The notes: generated by a model from the letters alone, not told the origin. Shown: positions 45,310 through 55,160, counted from the stretch's first letter. The stretch is DNA of 64,000 nt from Burkholderiales bacterium (GCA_025359985.1 JANYDB010000012.1:4800-68799); one strand, 5' to 3'. Made by a program: numbers and translations.

Positions 45310-46658
45310 TCTCTATCCAAATTGCCAGCGCCCAAGTAGTGGGCCAAGTGCTCGGCGGCAAAAACCTTGATCGCGTTCTCGAACAAGTTGGGCAAAAGCA
45401 AACGCCGCCAGCCACACCTGCGCCGCGCATGCCACAAGCGATGCTAACGCCCAATGAGCGTGCTGCCGTGCATTCAATTTCATTCGATACTTTGCGCCAT
45501 TACGGCCTGCTCGCAGCGCAGCTTGAGATGTTGCTGACAGCACCCATGGCAGATCCGCCTGTACGGCATTTATTGCTGGTTGCGCTGGCGCAGTTACAGT
45601 TTTCCAAAGCAAGTGATCACGCTATTGTTGATCACGCGGTTTCAGCTACCGAAGCAATGGGATTTGTGCGTGCCAAGCCATTGGTTAACGCAGTGCTGCG
45701 CAACTATCTACGCACGCCTGATAAGTTTGCCCGCGATCGTTTTAAAGTTGATACCGCACTTTATGATTTCCCTCGATGGTGGATAGAGCGACTTAAGCGA
45801 GAGCATCCGGATGGTTGGCAAGATGCGCTTTTGTCATCAAGGCGGCATCCACCCATGTGCTTGCGCGTAAACCAGCGGCAAACCAACACCCAAGACTATC
45901 TCGCCAAGCTGGCAGCCGCGGGTATCGCTGCTGTGGATCGTGGAGCGGGCGCCATTGAACTTATCAAACCGGTGTCGGTGAACGATCTCCCCGGATTCCG
46001 CGATGGCTTGGTTTCCGTTCAGGACGAGGGCGCACAATGGGCCGCACCGCTGCTCGACGTCAGGGCAGGCATGCGAGTACTTGATGCGTGCGCGGCGCCT
46101 GGAGGCAAAGCGGGACACTTACTGGAAATCGCGGATATTGATTTGACTGCGATTGACAGTGATCGGCATCGTTTGAAGCGCGTCACGGAAAACGTCGAAC
46201 GCCTGAAGCTTAAAGCAACGTTGAAGAATGCTAATGCGGCAGAGCCCGAAACATGGTGGGACAAAAAGCCGTTTGATCGTATTTTGCTCGACGCGCCTTG
46301 CTCCGGCTCTGGGGTGGCAAGGCGACATCCAGACATTAAATGGATTCGGCGTGAGACCGATTTGGGCTCGTTCGCACGCCAACAAACGCGGCTACTGGAA
46401 TCGCTGTGGAATTGCTTGAGCGTTGATGGTAGATTGTTGTACGTAACGTGTTCTGTTTTTCGGGCTGAAAACCAAGATATTATTAAAGCGTTTTTAAGCA
46501 CGCATTTAAGCGCCAAACCACTTGACCTTAAAGTTACATCCCGCCTTCCGGGGTGTGATGATCTTCAGGGCCAAACCTTTAAAGATGGCCAACTTCTTCC
46601 CGATGATCATCACGACGGATTTTATTTCGCGCTGCTCACCAAGACCAAGACTCGCTAA
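45306..46658 (+). CDS. rsmB: 16S rRNA m5C967 methyltransferase RsmB (Sun)
   Basis: It has a NusB-like N-terminal domain and SAM methyltransferase motifs (LDACAAPGGK, DAPCSGSGV, TCS). It lies downstream of fmt. Confidence 0.92.
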   Translation: MISIQIASAQVVGQVLGGKNLDRVLEQVGQKQTPPATPAPRMPQAMLTPNERAAVHSISFDTLRHYGLLAAQLEMLLTAPMADPPVRHLLLVALAQLQFSKASDHAIVDHAVSATEAMGFVRAKPLVNAVLRNYLRTPDKFARDRFKVDTALYDFPRWWIERLKREHPDGWQDALLSSRRHPPMCLRVNQRQTNTQDYLAKLAAAGIAAVDRGAGAIELIKPVSVNDLPGFRDGLVSVQDEGAQWAAPLLDVRAGMRVLDACAAPGGKAGHLLEIADIDLTAIDSDRHRLKRVTENVERLKLKATLKNANAAEPETWWDKKPFDRILLDAPCSGSGVARRHPDIKWIRRETDLGSFARQQTRLLESLWNCLSVDGRLLYVTCSVFRAENQDIIKAFLSTHLSAKPLDLKVTSRLPGCDDLQGQTFKDGQLLPDDHHDGFYFALLTKTKTR

Positions 46659-46713
46659 TTTGTTAGCCGCGCCGCGCCGCGCATCGCATGATCATGGCTG
46701 CGCCAAGTGGATC

Positions 46714-47310
46714 ATGTGGATTAAGTGCATCGCGGCCGCCGAGGTCATTAGCATATTTTTCTCTTTGCTGATGACGTGTTTGCTTGTGTGCACAGCACAG
46801 CGCGCGTCTGCAGAAGGCGCTTCTATTCAATCAGCGAAATTAGAGGTTACTGAAGACGGTTATCAACTGAACGCTCAGATTGAGCTAAGCCTCACTGCCG
46901 CCATGGAGGAAGCGGTGCGCAAGGGGGTACCGCTTTATTTTACGATTGAATTTGAGTTAAGCCATGGGCGTTGGTACTGGCTCGACCAGATCATGGTACG
47001 CGAGCGACGGGATCGTCGCGTCGCGTTTGCGCCGCTCACCGATCAATACCGCATTACCGTGTCCGGCATCTCCCAAAATGTAGCTTCATTTGAAGAGGTC
47101 AGGCGAGTGCTATCGCGCGTACGCTCATGGAACGTCATCGAAAAAGGTCTTTTGAAAGCCGGTGAAAAATACGAGGCCGCAGTACGCTTCAAGCTTGATA
47201 CGGCGAAACTGCCAAAACCATTTCAGCTTGATGTGTTGGCCTCAAAAGAATGGAGCCTCGCGTCCGACTGGTATCGATGGACGATTGTCGGAGCAGAGAG
47301 CAAACCATGA
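46714..47310 (+). CDS. DUF4390-like periplasmic protein
   Basis: It has a signal peptide (MWIKCIAAAEVISIFFSLLMTCLLVCTAQRASA) and lies between rsmB and an NtrY-like kinase, which is where DUF4390 genes sit in betaproteobacteria. The ORF-track start at 46522 overlaps rsmB. Confidence 0.6.
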   Translation: MWIKCIAAAEVISIFFSLLMTCLLVCTAQRASAEGASIQSAKLEVTEDGYQLNAQIELSLTAAMEEAVRKGVPLYFTIEFELSHGRWYWLDQIMVRERRDRRVAFAPLTDQYRITVSGISQNVASFEEVRRVLSRVRSWNVIEKGLLKAGEKYEAAVRFKLDTAKLPKPFQLDVLASKEWSLASDWYRWTIVGAESKP

Positions 47311-47332
47311 ACGCTTCTCTGACGAGCGCGCC

Positions 47333-49492
47333 ATGATTCGCGCCATTATTTTTGTGTGCATTGCGGTGGGGATCGCGCTCATTGCCTTGCTGTTTCGCGC
47401 CAGCAGCAACAATGAGTTTTTTGCTGAACACTATCCGTGGCTATTTGCGTTAGGCATTGCGCTGACGGTCGGCCTACTGCTGTTGATTGCTTATCAAATT
47501 TACTTGCTGGTAAAGAAGCTTCGTGGCCGTGTGTTTGGTTCCAAGCTGACGTTACGGTTAATGATGGTGTTTGCGTTGATGGCCATTATTCCCGGCGGTC
47601 TGGTATACGCCATTTCGGTGCAATTTTTGAGCCGCTCAATTGATTCCTGGTTCGATGTGCCCGTTGATAAGGCGCTGGAGAGTGCGGTTAACCTGGGTAA
47701 AAATGTTTTGGATAACGCCCTTACTGACACGCTGCGCAGGGGGCGTGAGGCGGCAATGCGGCTTGCTTCACGCGACGTCGTGCCCGGTTCCAGGATTACA
47801 AAATTAGGCACAGTATTGCCAAGCGATGTAGAAATGCTGCGGCAACTGCGTCTTCATTATAGTTTCGATGAAATGACCTTATTTGCGGTAGACGGCCGCC
47901 CTATCGCCAGCGCAAGCTTGACCGGTAATCACGCGCCAATATTCGTGGATAAGCCAACAACTGAAGAATTGCGTGAGACGATCAAAAAAGCATCAATTAA
48001 AATGACCGAGACCGTATCTGACCGTAGCATTTATTCCAGGGTTTTGATCCGGATGCCAACATCTGAAGCCGAAGCGGCTGTGCAAGTTCTGCAAGTGGTG
48101 TTGGCGATTCCGGCCAATCAGGTCGCAGACGCAAAAATAGTTGAAAACGGCTTTAACGATTATTTAAAATTGGGGTTGCAGCGCGAAGGCTTAAAACGAT
48201 TATTTGCGCTTACCCTCACGCTTGCTTTGTTGCTCACTTTATTTTCAGCGATTGCGCTCTCATTCTTTTTATCTGAAAAATTATCGGCACCCTTATCCGC
48301 ATTGGCGGAATCGACCCGGGCCATTGCTAAAGGCGATTTTACGAAGCTTAATCCGGTAAAAAGTCGCGATGAATTCGGTGTACTCACCCAATCATTTAAC
48401 ACCATGACTCGTCAACTGGGGGAAGCGTCAGATGTCGTCGCGCGTAAGCAGCAAGAGCTGGAAAATGCGAACACTTATCTCGAATCAATCTTGGCACACC
48501 TTACATCAGGCGTGATGACGCTGGACGCACGGCTCTATGTCAACACGATCAACAGTAACGCCGAACGGATGCTGGGGTTTAATCACCATGCATTGCGTGG
48601 TTTAAAATTGCCTGAATGGGGCGAGACCCAGCCGCAACTACAGCCGTTGACAGAAGAAATTACCCAGCAGCTCGCGACGCCTCGGGATAAACCCTGGGAG
48701 CGGCAAATCGCTTATAACGGTCCGCTAGGACGTCGCACTTTGTTGGTGCGTGCGACCAAGTTGCCCGCCACAATTGATTCGGGGTTTGTGTTCGTTTTCG
48801 ACGATATAACGGATCTTATTCAGGCGCAGCGCGAAGCAGCATGGGGCGAGGTGGCGCGCCGGCTTGCCCATGAGATTAAAAATCCCCTTACCCCGATTCA
48901 GCTATCTGCCGAGCGTCTACAAATGAAACTAGCGGGCAAATTGCCGCCGGTTGAACAAGATATTCTTTTACGCTCGACCAACACCATCGTGGCACAGGTA
49001 GGCGCCTTAAAAGGGATGGTTGATGACTTTAGTCTGTACTCGCGCTCATCGCGGTTGAAACCTGCGATGTTGTCACTCAATGAGTTGGCCCGCGACGTGC
49101 TTGTGCTGTATGAATCCGTGATGGTGGTGCTAGATATTCAATTGGCTGATAATTTACCCTTGATCAGTGCTGACCCAGCATTACTGAGACAAGTAATTCA
49201 CAACCTGATTCAAAATGCGTTGGACGCTTGTACAAGCGCGGTTGCGCCGCGCATCACGATTGCGACCAAACTGGTTGGCGAGAGGGTTTGTTTAACGGTG
49301 GAAGATAATGGCAGCGGAATTCGCGATGATGTTAAGACCCGCATTTTTGAACCTTACGTCACAACCAAACCCAAAGGCACCGGCTTGGGGCTGGCGATCG
49401 TGAAAAAAATTATTGATGAGCATCGCGGCACGATCATCGTTACCAATGTAAAACCAACTGGTGCACGCGTTGAAATTGAATTGCAACAGTAG
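47333..49492 (+). CDS. ntrY: NtrY-like PAS/HAMP sensor histidine kinase
   Basis: It has N-terminal TM helices, a HAMP region, a PAS domain, the H-box HEIKNPLTPIQLSAERL and ATPase boxes (DNGSGI, GTGLGLAIVKKI). I prefer ATG 47333 (MIRAIIFVCIAVG). Confidence 0.75.
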   Translation: MIRAIIFVCIAVGIALIALLFRASSNNEFFAEHYPWLFALGIALTVGLLLLIAYQIYLLVKKLRGRVFGSKLTLRLMMVFALMAIIPGGLVYAISVQFLSRSIDSWFDVPVDKALESAVNLGKNVLDNALTDTLRRGREAAMRLASRDVVPGSRITKLGTVLPSDVEMLRQLRLHYSFDEMTLFAVDGRPIASASLTGNHAPIFVDKPTTEELRETIKKASIKMTETVSDRSIYSRVLIRMPTSEAEAAVQVLQVVLAIPANQVADAKIVENGFNDYLKLGLQREGLKRLFALTLTLALLLTLFSAIALSFFLSEKLSAPLSALAESTRAIAKGDFTKLNPVKSRDEFGVLTQSFNTMTRQLGEASDVVARKQQELENANTYLESILAHLTSGVMTLDARLYVNTINSNAERMLGFNHHALRGLKLPEWGETQPQLQPLTEEITQQLATPRDKPWERQIAYNGPLGRRTLLVRATKLPATIDSGFVFVFDDITDLIQAQREAAWGEVARRLAHEIKNPLTPIQLSAERLQMKLAGKLPPVEQDILLRSTNTIVAQVGALKGMVDDFSLYSRSSRLKPAMLSLNELARDVLVLYESVMVVLDIQLADNLPLISADPALLRQVIHNLIQNALDACTSAVAPRITIATKLVGERVCLTVEDNGSGIRDDVKTRIFEPYVTTKPKGTGLGLAIVKKIIDEHRGTIIVTNVKPTGARVEIELQQ

Positions 49493-49649
49493 TTTGTCGC
49501 CCTCAGTGAAGAGGTGGCAAATAGTGCTGGCGGACGCCGCATTGAAAGTAGTACCAGTACCAAACTGGGTAGTATTTCAGGCGTAATAAAAGAATGAAGC
49601 AAGCAGTGAAGCAAGTCGTAAAACGTATGATGAAAGCAGGTTAAAAGCT

Positions 49650-50933
49650 ATGTCGGCAAATAATATTTTAGTCGTTGATGATGAAATTGGCATCCGCGAA
49701 CTATTGTCTGAAATTCTCAAGGATGAAGGTTATTTTGTGCGCGTTGCCGAGAATGCGGCTGCGGCGCGCATCATGCGCCGCGAAGCGCGACCCGATCTGG
49801 TGCTGCTGGATATCTGGATGCCTGATACCGACGGCATTTCACTACTCAAGGAGTGGGCAGCATCAGGGCAGCTCACCATGCCGGTGGTTATGATGTCGGG
49901 TCACGGCACGATCGAGTCAGCGATAGAAGCGACGCGTATTGGCGCCTGTGATTTTCTTGAAAAACCCATTAGCTTGCCGAAACTTATTGCCACTGTCGGT
50001 AAAGCCCTGCAAGGTGGTCGCGTGCTGCCCAAGCCAGGCCTGAATTTTGATCACCTTGGCCGCGCCAAAATTATCGATGAACTAAAACAGCGGCTGGAAC
50101 AGATTAGCCGACTAAAAATGCCGCTGCTGTTGACGGGTGAGGCTGGTTGCGGCTTCGAATTAATTGCGCGCATGGTACATCAGCGCAACACCGCCTGGAT
50201 TGTGCCGCCTGATCACACCTGGTTGGCCCTGAATCCGTTTGCCCTCCTGGCCGAGGCACGCGATGGCGTGCTGTTTATCGAACAAATTGAGACGCTTAAT
50301 AAAAACGAACAAAAAGGCCTGGGTCAACTCATTGGCAAGCTCGAAAAGTTCAATGTGAGGCTGGTCGCCACCAGTGGGCAGTCGATGGCGCCATTAGTCG
50401 ATAACGGGGAGTTCGATGCGCAGTTGTTGGCGCAACTTTCTGGTATTACGCTGCGCATTCCCAGCCTGCGTGAGCACCCGGAAGATATTCCCGATTTGGC
50501 TTCCACCATCTTGCTGCAAATGGTTGAAGCTAACGAGTCTTCGTTGCGGCACTTTAGTGTGGGCGCGTTAAATGCGTTGCGTAATCTGGATTGGTCGGGC
50601 AATTTGCCGGTGTTGCAAAACGCAGTGAAAACTTTAGCGCTTACGGCGCTCACTACCGAAATTACCGCCGATGATGTGGCACGCGTGGCGCGTGAGTTTG
50701 GCCTTGATCAGTTGCACAGTCATCCCCCGGTGGCCGGCATTCCGTTTGACTTGCCATTGCGTGAAGCTCGAGAGCGATTTGAATACCAGTATTTTTTGCA
50801 TCATATTCGCCGGGAAGAAGGCAATATGTCACGCGTTGCTGATAAAGTTGGGTTGGAACGTACCCATCTTTATCGCAAGCTAAAACAGTTGGGTATCAGG
50901 CCAGCTTCAAAATCAGAAGACAACGGCTCATAA
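49650..50933 (+). CDS. ntrX: NtrX-like response regulator with a degenerate AAA+ domain
   Basis: It has a receiver domain (ILVVDDE...DIWMPDTDG) and a central domain whose Walker A position reads GEAGCGFE, with no GAFTGA. It has a C-terminal Fis-type HTH (GNMSRVADKVGLERTHLYRKLKQLG). Confidence 0.7.
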   Translation: MSANNILVVDDEIGIRELLSEILKDEGYFVRVAENAAAARIMRREARPDLVLLDIWMPDTDGISLLKEWAASGQLTMPVVMMSGHGTIESAIEATRIGACDFLEKPISLPKLIATVGKALQGGRVLPKPGLNFDHLGRAKIIDELKQRLEQISRLKMPLLLTGEAGCGFELIARMVHQRNTAWIVPPDHTWLALNPFALLAEARDGVLFIEQIETLNKNEQKGLGQLIGKLEKFNVRLVATSGQSMAPLVDNGEFDAQLLAQLSGITLRIPSLREHPEDIPDLASTILLQMVEANESSLRHFSVGALNALRNLDWSGNLPVLQNAVKTLALTALTTEITADDVARVAREFGLDQLHSHPPVAGIPFDLPLREARERFEYQYFLHHIRREEGNMSRVADKVGLERTHLYRKLKQLGIRPASKSEDNGS

Positions 50934-51038
50934 TATGTTGGCTGTTGTTGGTGTAGGCGCTGCAATCCGCAGTTTATAGCTTGGAGCTTAAGGTATGAAG
51001 CGCAAAGAACTAAGCACAAGATATTCGTTCTTTTTGGT

Positions 51039-52046
51039 TCAGTCCTCAATGCGACCCAAGCGCACCACGGTTAAGCCCAGTTTGACATGCACCATAGTGG
51101 GCATGATCAGCACGCAGTTGTCGTAAGGCGTCGTGATCGCTCGGCCACCGTCGTGGCCGATCAGCGTGCCTTGTTTTGCAATCACTGACAAACCACGCAA
51201 CCCGTCCGCAAATATAAAGTCGGGATGATGTGCAACCACGGCTTCTGTAACGCGCACGACCCGCATGGTATCGGAAGATGAAACTGCGGCCGATTCAATT
51301 TGCGCCTCTGCAAGAGCGCGATCCATGATGTCGCACGCCCGCAAAAAACGCCAAGTACTTTGCCAGGCGACATGGGCTGCCGCATGCTCCCAATGTTGTC
51401 CGCATTCCACCAGTAACGCATTCTTGGCGGAAGCGGGATCTCCAAAGCCGCCATAGTCACGCATCCGTGTGCCGTTCGCGTGGCCGCTATCCGCAACAAT
51501 ATGCAGCGGCATCCCTACCTGTTTTGCTAACGCGATACCTTTGGTTAGGGGGCCCGAAATCATCACCGGCCCATGGGGATCATGCATGGAATGTATATCA
51601 AATAACTGATCAACCTGATCGATTATCGGGCGAATTGCGCGGGCACGCGCCAACTCAACTGAGTTTCGTGGTCCCTCTAGTGCGGCGGGATTCCAGACGC
51701 GGTTAAAGTCTTCATCAACGAACCGCGAAGTGTGCGGTGTCGACGGATCAAAACGCAAAAATGCTGCCACATTCGCAAACGATAAAGTCAGTTTGCCGCG
51801 CGCGGGCCGCACCTGCATTTTAAACAGACGATCCAGCGTAATCGCACCGCAAATTTCATTGCCGTGGGTGATCGCATTAATCATCACATGTGGCCCTGAT
51901 TTGCCGGAATCAAAGGTTGTGATGTAATCGACGCCTGTGTTGCCTTGTCGATAGGGAGAGATATCCGGCGCGGTTAGCTCCACCGGCGGTAAAACAGGCG
52001 GCAGCGTGTGCTTGGGATTAGTGTTGATGGCCATGTTTGTGTGCAT
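51039..52046 (-). CDS. Succinylglutamate desuccinylase/aspartoacylase (AstE/AspA) family zinc hydrolase
   Basis: The motif GPHVMINAITHGNEICG resembles the AstE/AspA zinc site. The start is uncertain (Met codons at 52046 and 52034, with the ORF extending to 52130), and it overlaps the 3' end of the upstream gene. Confidence 0.7.
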   Translation of the reverse strand: MHTNMAINTNPKHTLPPVLPPVELTAPDISPYRQGNTGVDYITTFDSGKSGPHVMINAITHGNEICGAITLDRLFKMQVRPARGKLTLSFANVAAFLRFDPSTPHTSRFVDEDFNRVWNPAALEGPRNSVELARARAIRPIIDQVDQLFDIHSMHDPHGPVMISGPLTKGIALAKQVGMPLHIVADSGHANGTRMRDYGGFGDPASAKNALLVECGQHWEHAAAHVAWQSTWRFLRACDIMDRALAEAQIESAAVSSSDTMRVVRVTEAVVAHHPDFIFADGLRGLSVIAKQGTLIGHDGGRAITTPYDNCVLIMPTMVHVKLGLTVVRLGRIED

Positions 52047-52959
52047 GGTCGTGCCCGTGATCATGTCCACAATCGGGATGACCATGATGCGGGTGCATAT
52101 TGATTTTGGCATACTTGCCAATAGCGGCAATCAGGCGAGCCATGTTTTTTTGCAGGACTTCAAAATGCTCATTAACCTCACGGGTTTTTTCGTCCATGTA
52201 GAGCTTGCGATTCACTTCAATCTGTAGCGAGTGCTTATGCTCGGCAGGGTCAGAATAAGCGCGTACCAGCTCAACGCCTTTATAGGGGTCGTTTACTTTT
52301 ACCTCATAGCCAAAGCCACGCAAAGTAAGTGCCACAAAAGCTGTAAATTCAGGCGCACAGGTAGTGCCATCACGATCGCCTAAAACAAATTCTGCGCGCG
52401 CTTTGCCGGGACCTTCTTCGGCCACCAGGCCTGACACGGCGGGCATCGAATGGCAATTGATATGCCATACCGCGCCGTAATGCTTGTGCACATGGTTAAT
52501 CGTATCGCGCACCGTCTTGTGGTATGGCGAATAGCAGGTTGCAATACGGTTCTGCACCTCAGCCACGCTTAGCTTGCGATTGTAAATATCTTCACCGGTA
52601 TCGAGTTTTCGCCACACCAGACCAATCCCCTTTTCGGTTTTTTTGGAGACGTTAATCGGCCCGGGCCAGGTCGCTGAAATGAGCGCCTGATCGATATCGA
52701 GCAATGAGCGATTGCAGTCAATATAGCTGCGCGGAAAGGCCGCCGCGATCAAGGTGGCCCCGCATCCTGGAGCGGCGGCATACAGCTTTTCAACATGAGT
52801 ATCTTCGGCCATGCGCAATGTTGAGTGCGGCACGGTAAAGCCGAAGTCTTCAGGATAAAAAGTGCCGCTGTGAGGGGAATCGAACACCACCGGAATATCG
52901 TCATCGTGCGAGGTGGTGGATGGACTAACAATGACCGGGACGAATGCGCTTTGAGACAT
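52018..52959 (-). CDS. N-formylglutamate amidohydrolase (FGase/HutG-like) family protein with a His-rich C-terminal tail
   Basis: It has FGase-family features as I recall them (DSPHSGTFYP, YIDCNRS, HSMP). The last 26 aa are MHPHHGHPDCGHDHGHDHAHKHGHQH. Confidence 0.7.
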   Translation of the reverse strand: MSQSAFVPVIVSPSTTSHDDDIPVVFDSPHSGTFYPEDFGFTVPHSTLRMAEDTHVEKLYAAAPGCGATLIAAAFPRSYIDCNRSLLDIDQALISATWPGPINVSKKTEKGIGLVWRKLDTGEDIYNRKLSVAEVQNRIATCYSPYHKTVRDTINHVHKHYGAVWHINCHSMPAVSGLVAEEGPGKARAEFVLGDRDGTTCAPEFTAFVALTLRGFGYEVKVNDPYKGVELVRAYSDPAEHKHSLQIEVNRKLYMDEKTREVNEHFEVLQKNMARLIAAIGKYAKINMHPHHGHPDCGHDHGHDHAHKHGHQH

Positions 52960-53076
52960 AATGAATCGCTTTATAAAGAATGAGTAAACAATGGAAACAG
53001 GAGCGCGGAAAATAGAGGGCTAGGTTTAAAAAAGCGGTGAACGAGTTATAAAAATAATGATGGATTCTGAATAAAA

Positions 53077-53110
53077 TTCACCTATCGTGCATTTGTTGTT
53101 CACCTATCGT
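53077..53110. repeat. 12-bp direct repeat with 22-bp periodicity in the dppF-like/FGase-like spacer
   Basis: ttcacctatcgt occurs at 53077-53088 and again at 53099-53110, about 118-151 nt upstream of the FGase-like start. Confidence 0.6.
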
Positions 53111-54103
53111 TCAACTGCCATTTAAATGACAAGCAGAAAATCGAAGCGGCGCAATCTCACGTAATAGCGGCTGTTCAACACTGCAGCGCGCCATTGCTCG
53201 CGGGCATCGCGGATGAAAATGACAGCCACCGGGCGGATTTAAAGGCGACGGTATTTCGCCCTTAATGGCGGCGAATTTTTTTTGGCGCACTGTCAACTGC
53301 GGAACCTCGGCCAGTAGCGCCTGGGTATACGGATGATTAGCCTCAGCAAACAAGGCCTCGGTCGCACCAACTTCAACTACGCGCCCCAGATACATAATGA
53401 CCACCCGATCGCTCAAATGTTTCACCACGCCCAGATCATGGCTAATAAACAGATAAGTCAGATCGAACTTTTTGCGTAGATCAATAAACAAATTGAGTAC
53501 CTGCGCCTGGATAGAAACATCCAGTGCGGCCACCGCTTCATCGCATACCAGAAACTCGGGTTTTACGGCCAATGCGCGGGCAATACCGATCCGGGCACGT
53601 TGTCCGCCTGAAAATTGATGCGGAAAACGCTTTGATAGCGCCGGATCCAATCCCACTTGTTGCATCATGCTGGCAACATAATCAACTTTTTCCTGACGGC
53701 TGATCAAGCCATGCACAGCCGGAGCCTCACCAATGATGTCTGCCACGCGATAGCGCGGATTTAAGGAGGCATAGGGATCCTGAAAAATCATTTGAATCTG
53801 TAACTGCATGACGCGCTTTTCTGCGGCAGACATCGTTGTAACCAAGCGGCCTTTCCACCAGCGCTCACCTGCGGATGGCGGGTGAATGCCGACTACTACG
53901 CGCCCCAATGTCGATTTGCCGCACCCGGATTCACCTACCAGGCCAACCACCTCGCCGCGCTCAATAGTGAGGCTCATCTGGTCGACAGCATGAACTGTTT
54001 CGTCTGGAGCGCCTGCGCCAAACGTGCGCGTTAATTTGGTCGCGAAATCCGATTTTTTGGTAAACCGTTTGGAAACATTTTTGAGCTCAAGAATGCTACT
54101 CAT
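53111..54103 (-). CDS. Peptide/nickel ABC transporter ATP-binding protein (DppF/OppF-like)
   Basis: It has Walker A GESGCGKST, signature FSGGQRARIGIA, Walker B LVCDEAV and an oligopeptide C-terminal domain. I prefer ATG 54103, which forms an ATGA overlap with the upstream gene's stop. Confidence 0.88.
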   Translation of the reverse strand: MSSILELKNVSKRFTKKSDFATKLTRTFGAGAPDETVHAVDQMSLTIERGEVVGLVGESGCGKSTLGRVVVGIHPPSAGERWWKGRLVTTMSAAEKRVMQLQIQMIFQDPYASLNPRYRVADIIGEAPAVHGLISRQEKVDYVASMMQQVGLDPALSKRFPHQFSGGQRARIGIARALAVKPEFLVCDEAVAALDVSIQAQVLNLFIDLRKKFDLTYLFISHDLGVVKHLSDRVVIMYLGRVVEVGATEALFAEANHPYTQALLAEVPQLTVRQKKFAAIKGEIPSPLNPPGGCHFHPRCPRAMARCSVEQPLLREIAPLRFSACHLNGS

Positions 54104-55074
54104 GCGCTGTGCCCCGTTACCGGATGAAAGCAGCGCACTTGTCGATGCGCTGCGTGCGGGCTCAATGGGGGCGTGGCTTCGCAATCAGGCATGCGATAGG
54201 GACAGCGCTCCCGAAATGCGCAACCGCTGCCGATTTCCAGCAGAGAAGGTGTCATCCCAGGGATTTGTTTGAGTGGCTGGCCTCTACGGTTGCGACTCGG
54301 TACGGACGCCAGCAGGCCTTGTGTATATGGATGGAGCGGCGCATCTAGCACCTTGGCCACGCTGCCGTATTCGACCACCTTGCCCGCATACATGACAGCG
54401 ATATGATCAGCCAAACCAGCGACGACCGACAGATCATGTGTAATCCAGATTAACGCGGTCCCGGAGTCTCTGCAGAGCGCTTGCATCTCAAACAATATCT
54501 GGCCTTGGATGGTGACATCCAGCGCCGTCGTAGGCTCGTCGGCAATGATTACATCAGGTTTATTCAGTAGCGCGATTGCAATCGCCACGCGTTGACGCAT
54601 GCCGCCGGAAAATTGGTGTGGATAGCTATTCAGGCGTTCATCAGCGGAGGCGATGCCGACCCGTACTAGTGCGGCACGACAGCGTTCGCGAGCATTGACC
54701 GAGCTAATTTTTTCGTGCGCCTGAATGGCTTCAATCATTTGTGTGTCGATGCGCAAGACCGGATTGAGCGTCATCATCGGGTCCTGAAAAATCATCGCCA
54801 CCCGATTGCCACGCAAGCCTCGCCATTGCTCATGTTTGAGGCCAATAATATTTTCGCCATTCAGCAAAATTCGGCCATCAACGATTTTCCCTGGCGCATC
54901 AATCAAGCCCATGATCGAGTAGCCGGTCATTGATTTGCCCGAGCCGGATTCGCCAACAAGACCGAGGATTTTCCCGCGCTCAACCGAAAACGAAACATCA
55001 TCCACCGCCTTGACAACGCCGGCTTTGGTGAAGAAATGCGTGCGCAGGTTTTCAACCTGCAGCACCGCGTTCAT
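54100..55074 (-). CDS. Peptide/nickel ABC transporter ATP-binding protein (DppD/OppD-like)
   Basis: It has Walker A GESGSGKS, signature FSGGMRQRVAIA and Walker B IIADEPT. Confidence 0.88.
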   Translation of the reverse strand: MNAVLQVENLRTHFFTKAGVVKAVDDVSFSVERGKILGLVGESGSGKSMTGYSIMGLIDAPGKIVDGRILLNGENIIGLKHEQWRGLRGNRVAMIFQDPMMTLNPVLRIDTQMIEAIQAHEKISSVNARERCRAALVRVGIASADERLNSYPHQFSGGMRQRVAIAIALLNKPDVIIADEPTTALDVTIQGQILFEMQALCRDSGTALIWITHDLSVVAGLADHIAVMYAGKVVEYGSVAKVLDAPLHPYTQGLLASVPSRNRRGQPLKQIPGMTPSLLEIGSGCAFRERCPYRMPDCEATPPLSPHAAHRQVRCFHPVTGHSA

Positions 55075-55160
55075 TGACTAGAGCCCCGCTTGTGGATTGC
55101 CGTTTCAGCCACTTTCCCCCCCCAAAGCCGCGCCAGTACTAGTGTTTGTATAAATGAAAT

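Noticed and set aside
51004-51035. There is a possible terminator hairpin after ntrX (aaagaac ... gttcttt followed by tt).
   Set aside because: The stem is 7 bp and AU-rich with a 16-nt loop and a short T-run, which is too weak to call.
52047-52130. The longer form of the AstE-like ORF begins MPLLASMPKSICTRIMVIPIVDMITGTT.
   Set aside because: This stretch is the alternative reading frame of the His-tail codons (CAT/CAC read as ATG/GTG-rich) and is unlikely to be translated. I prefer an internal Met start.
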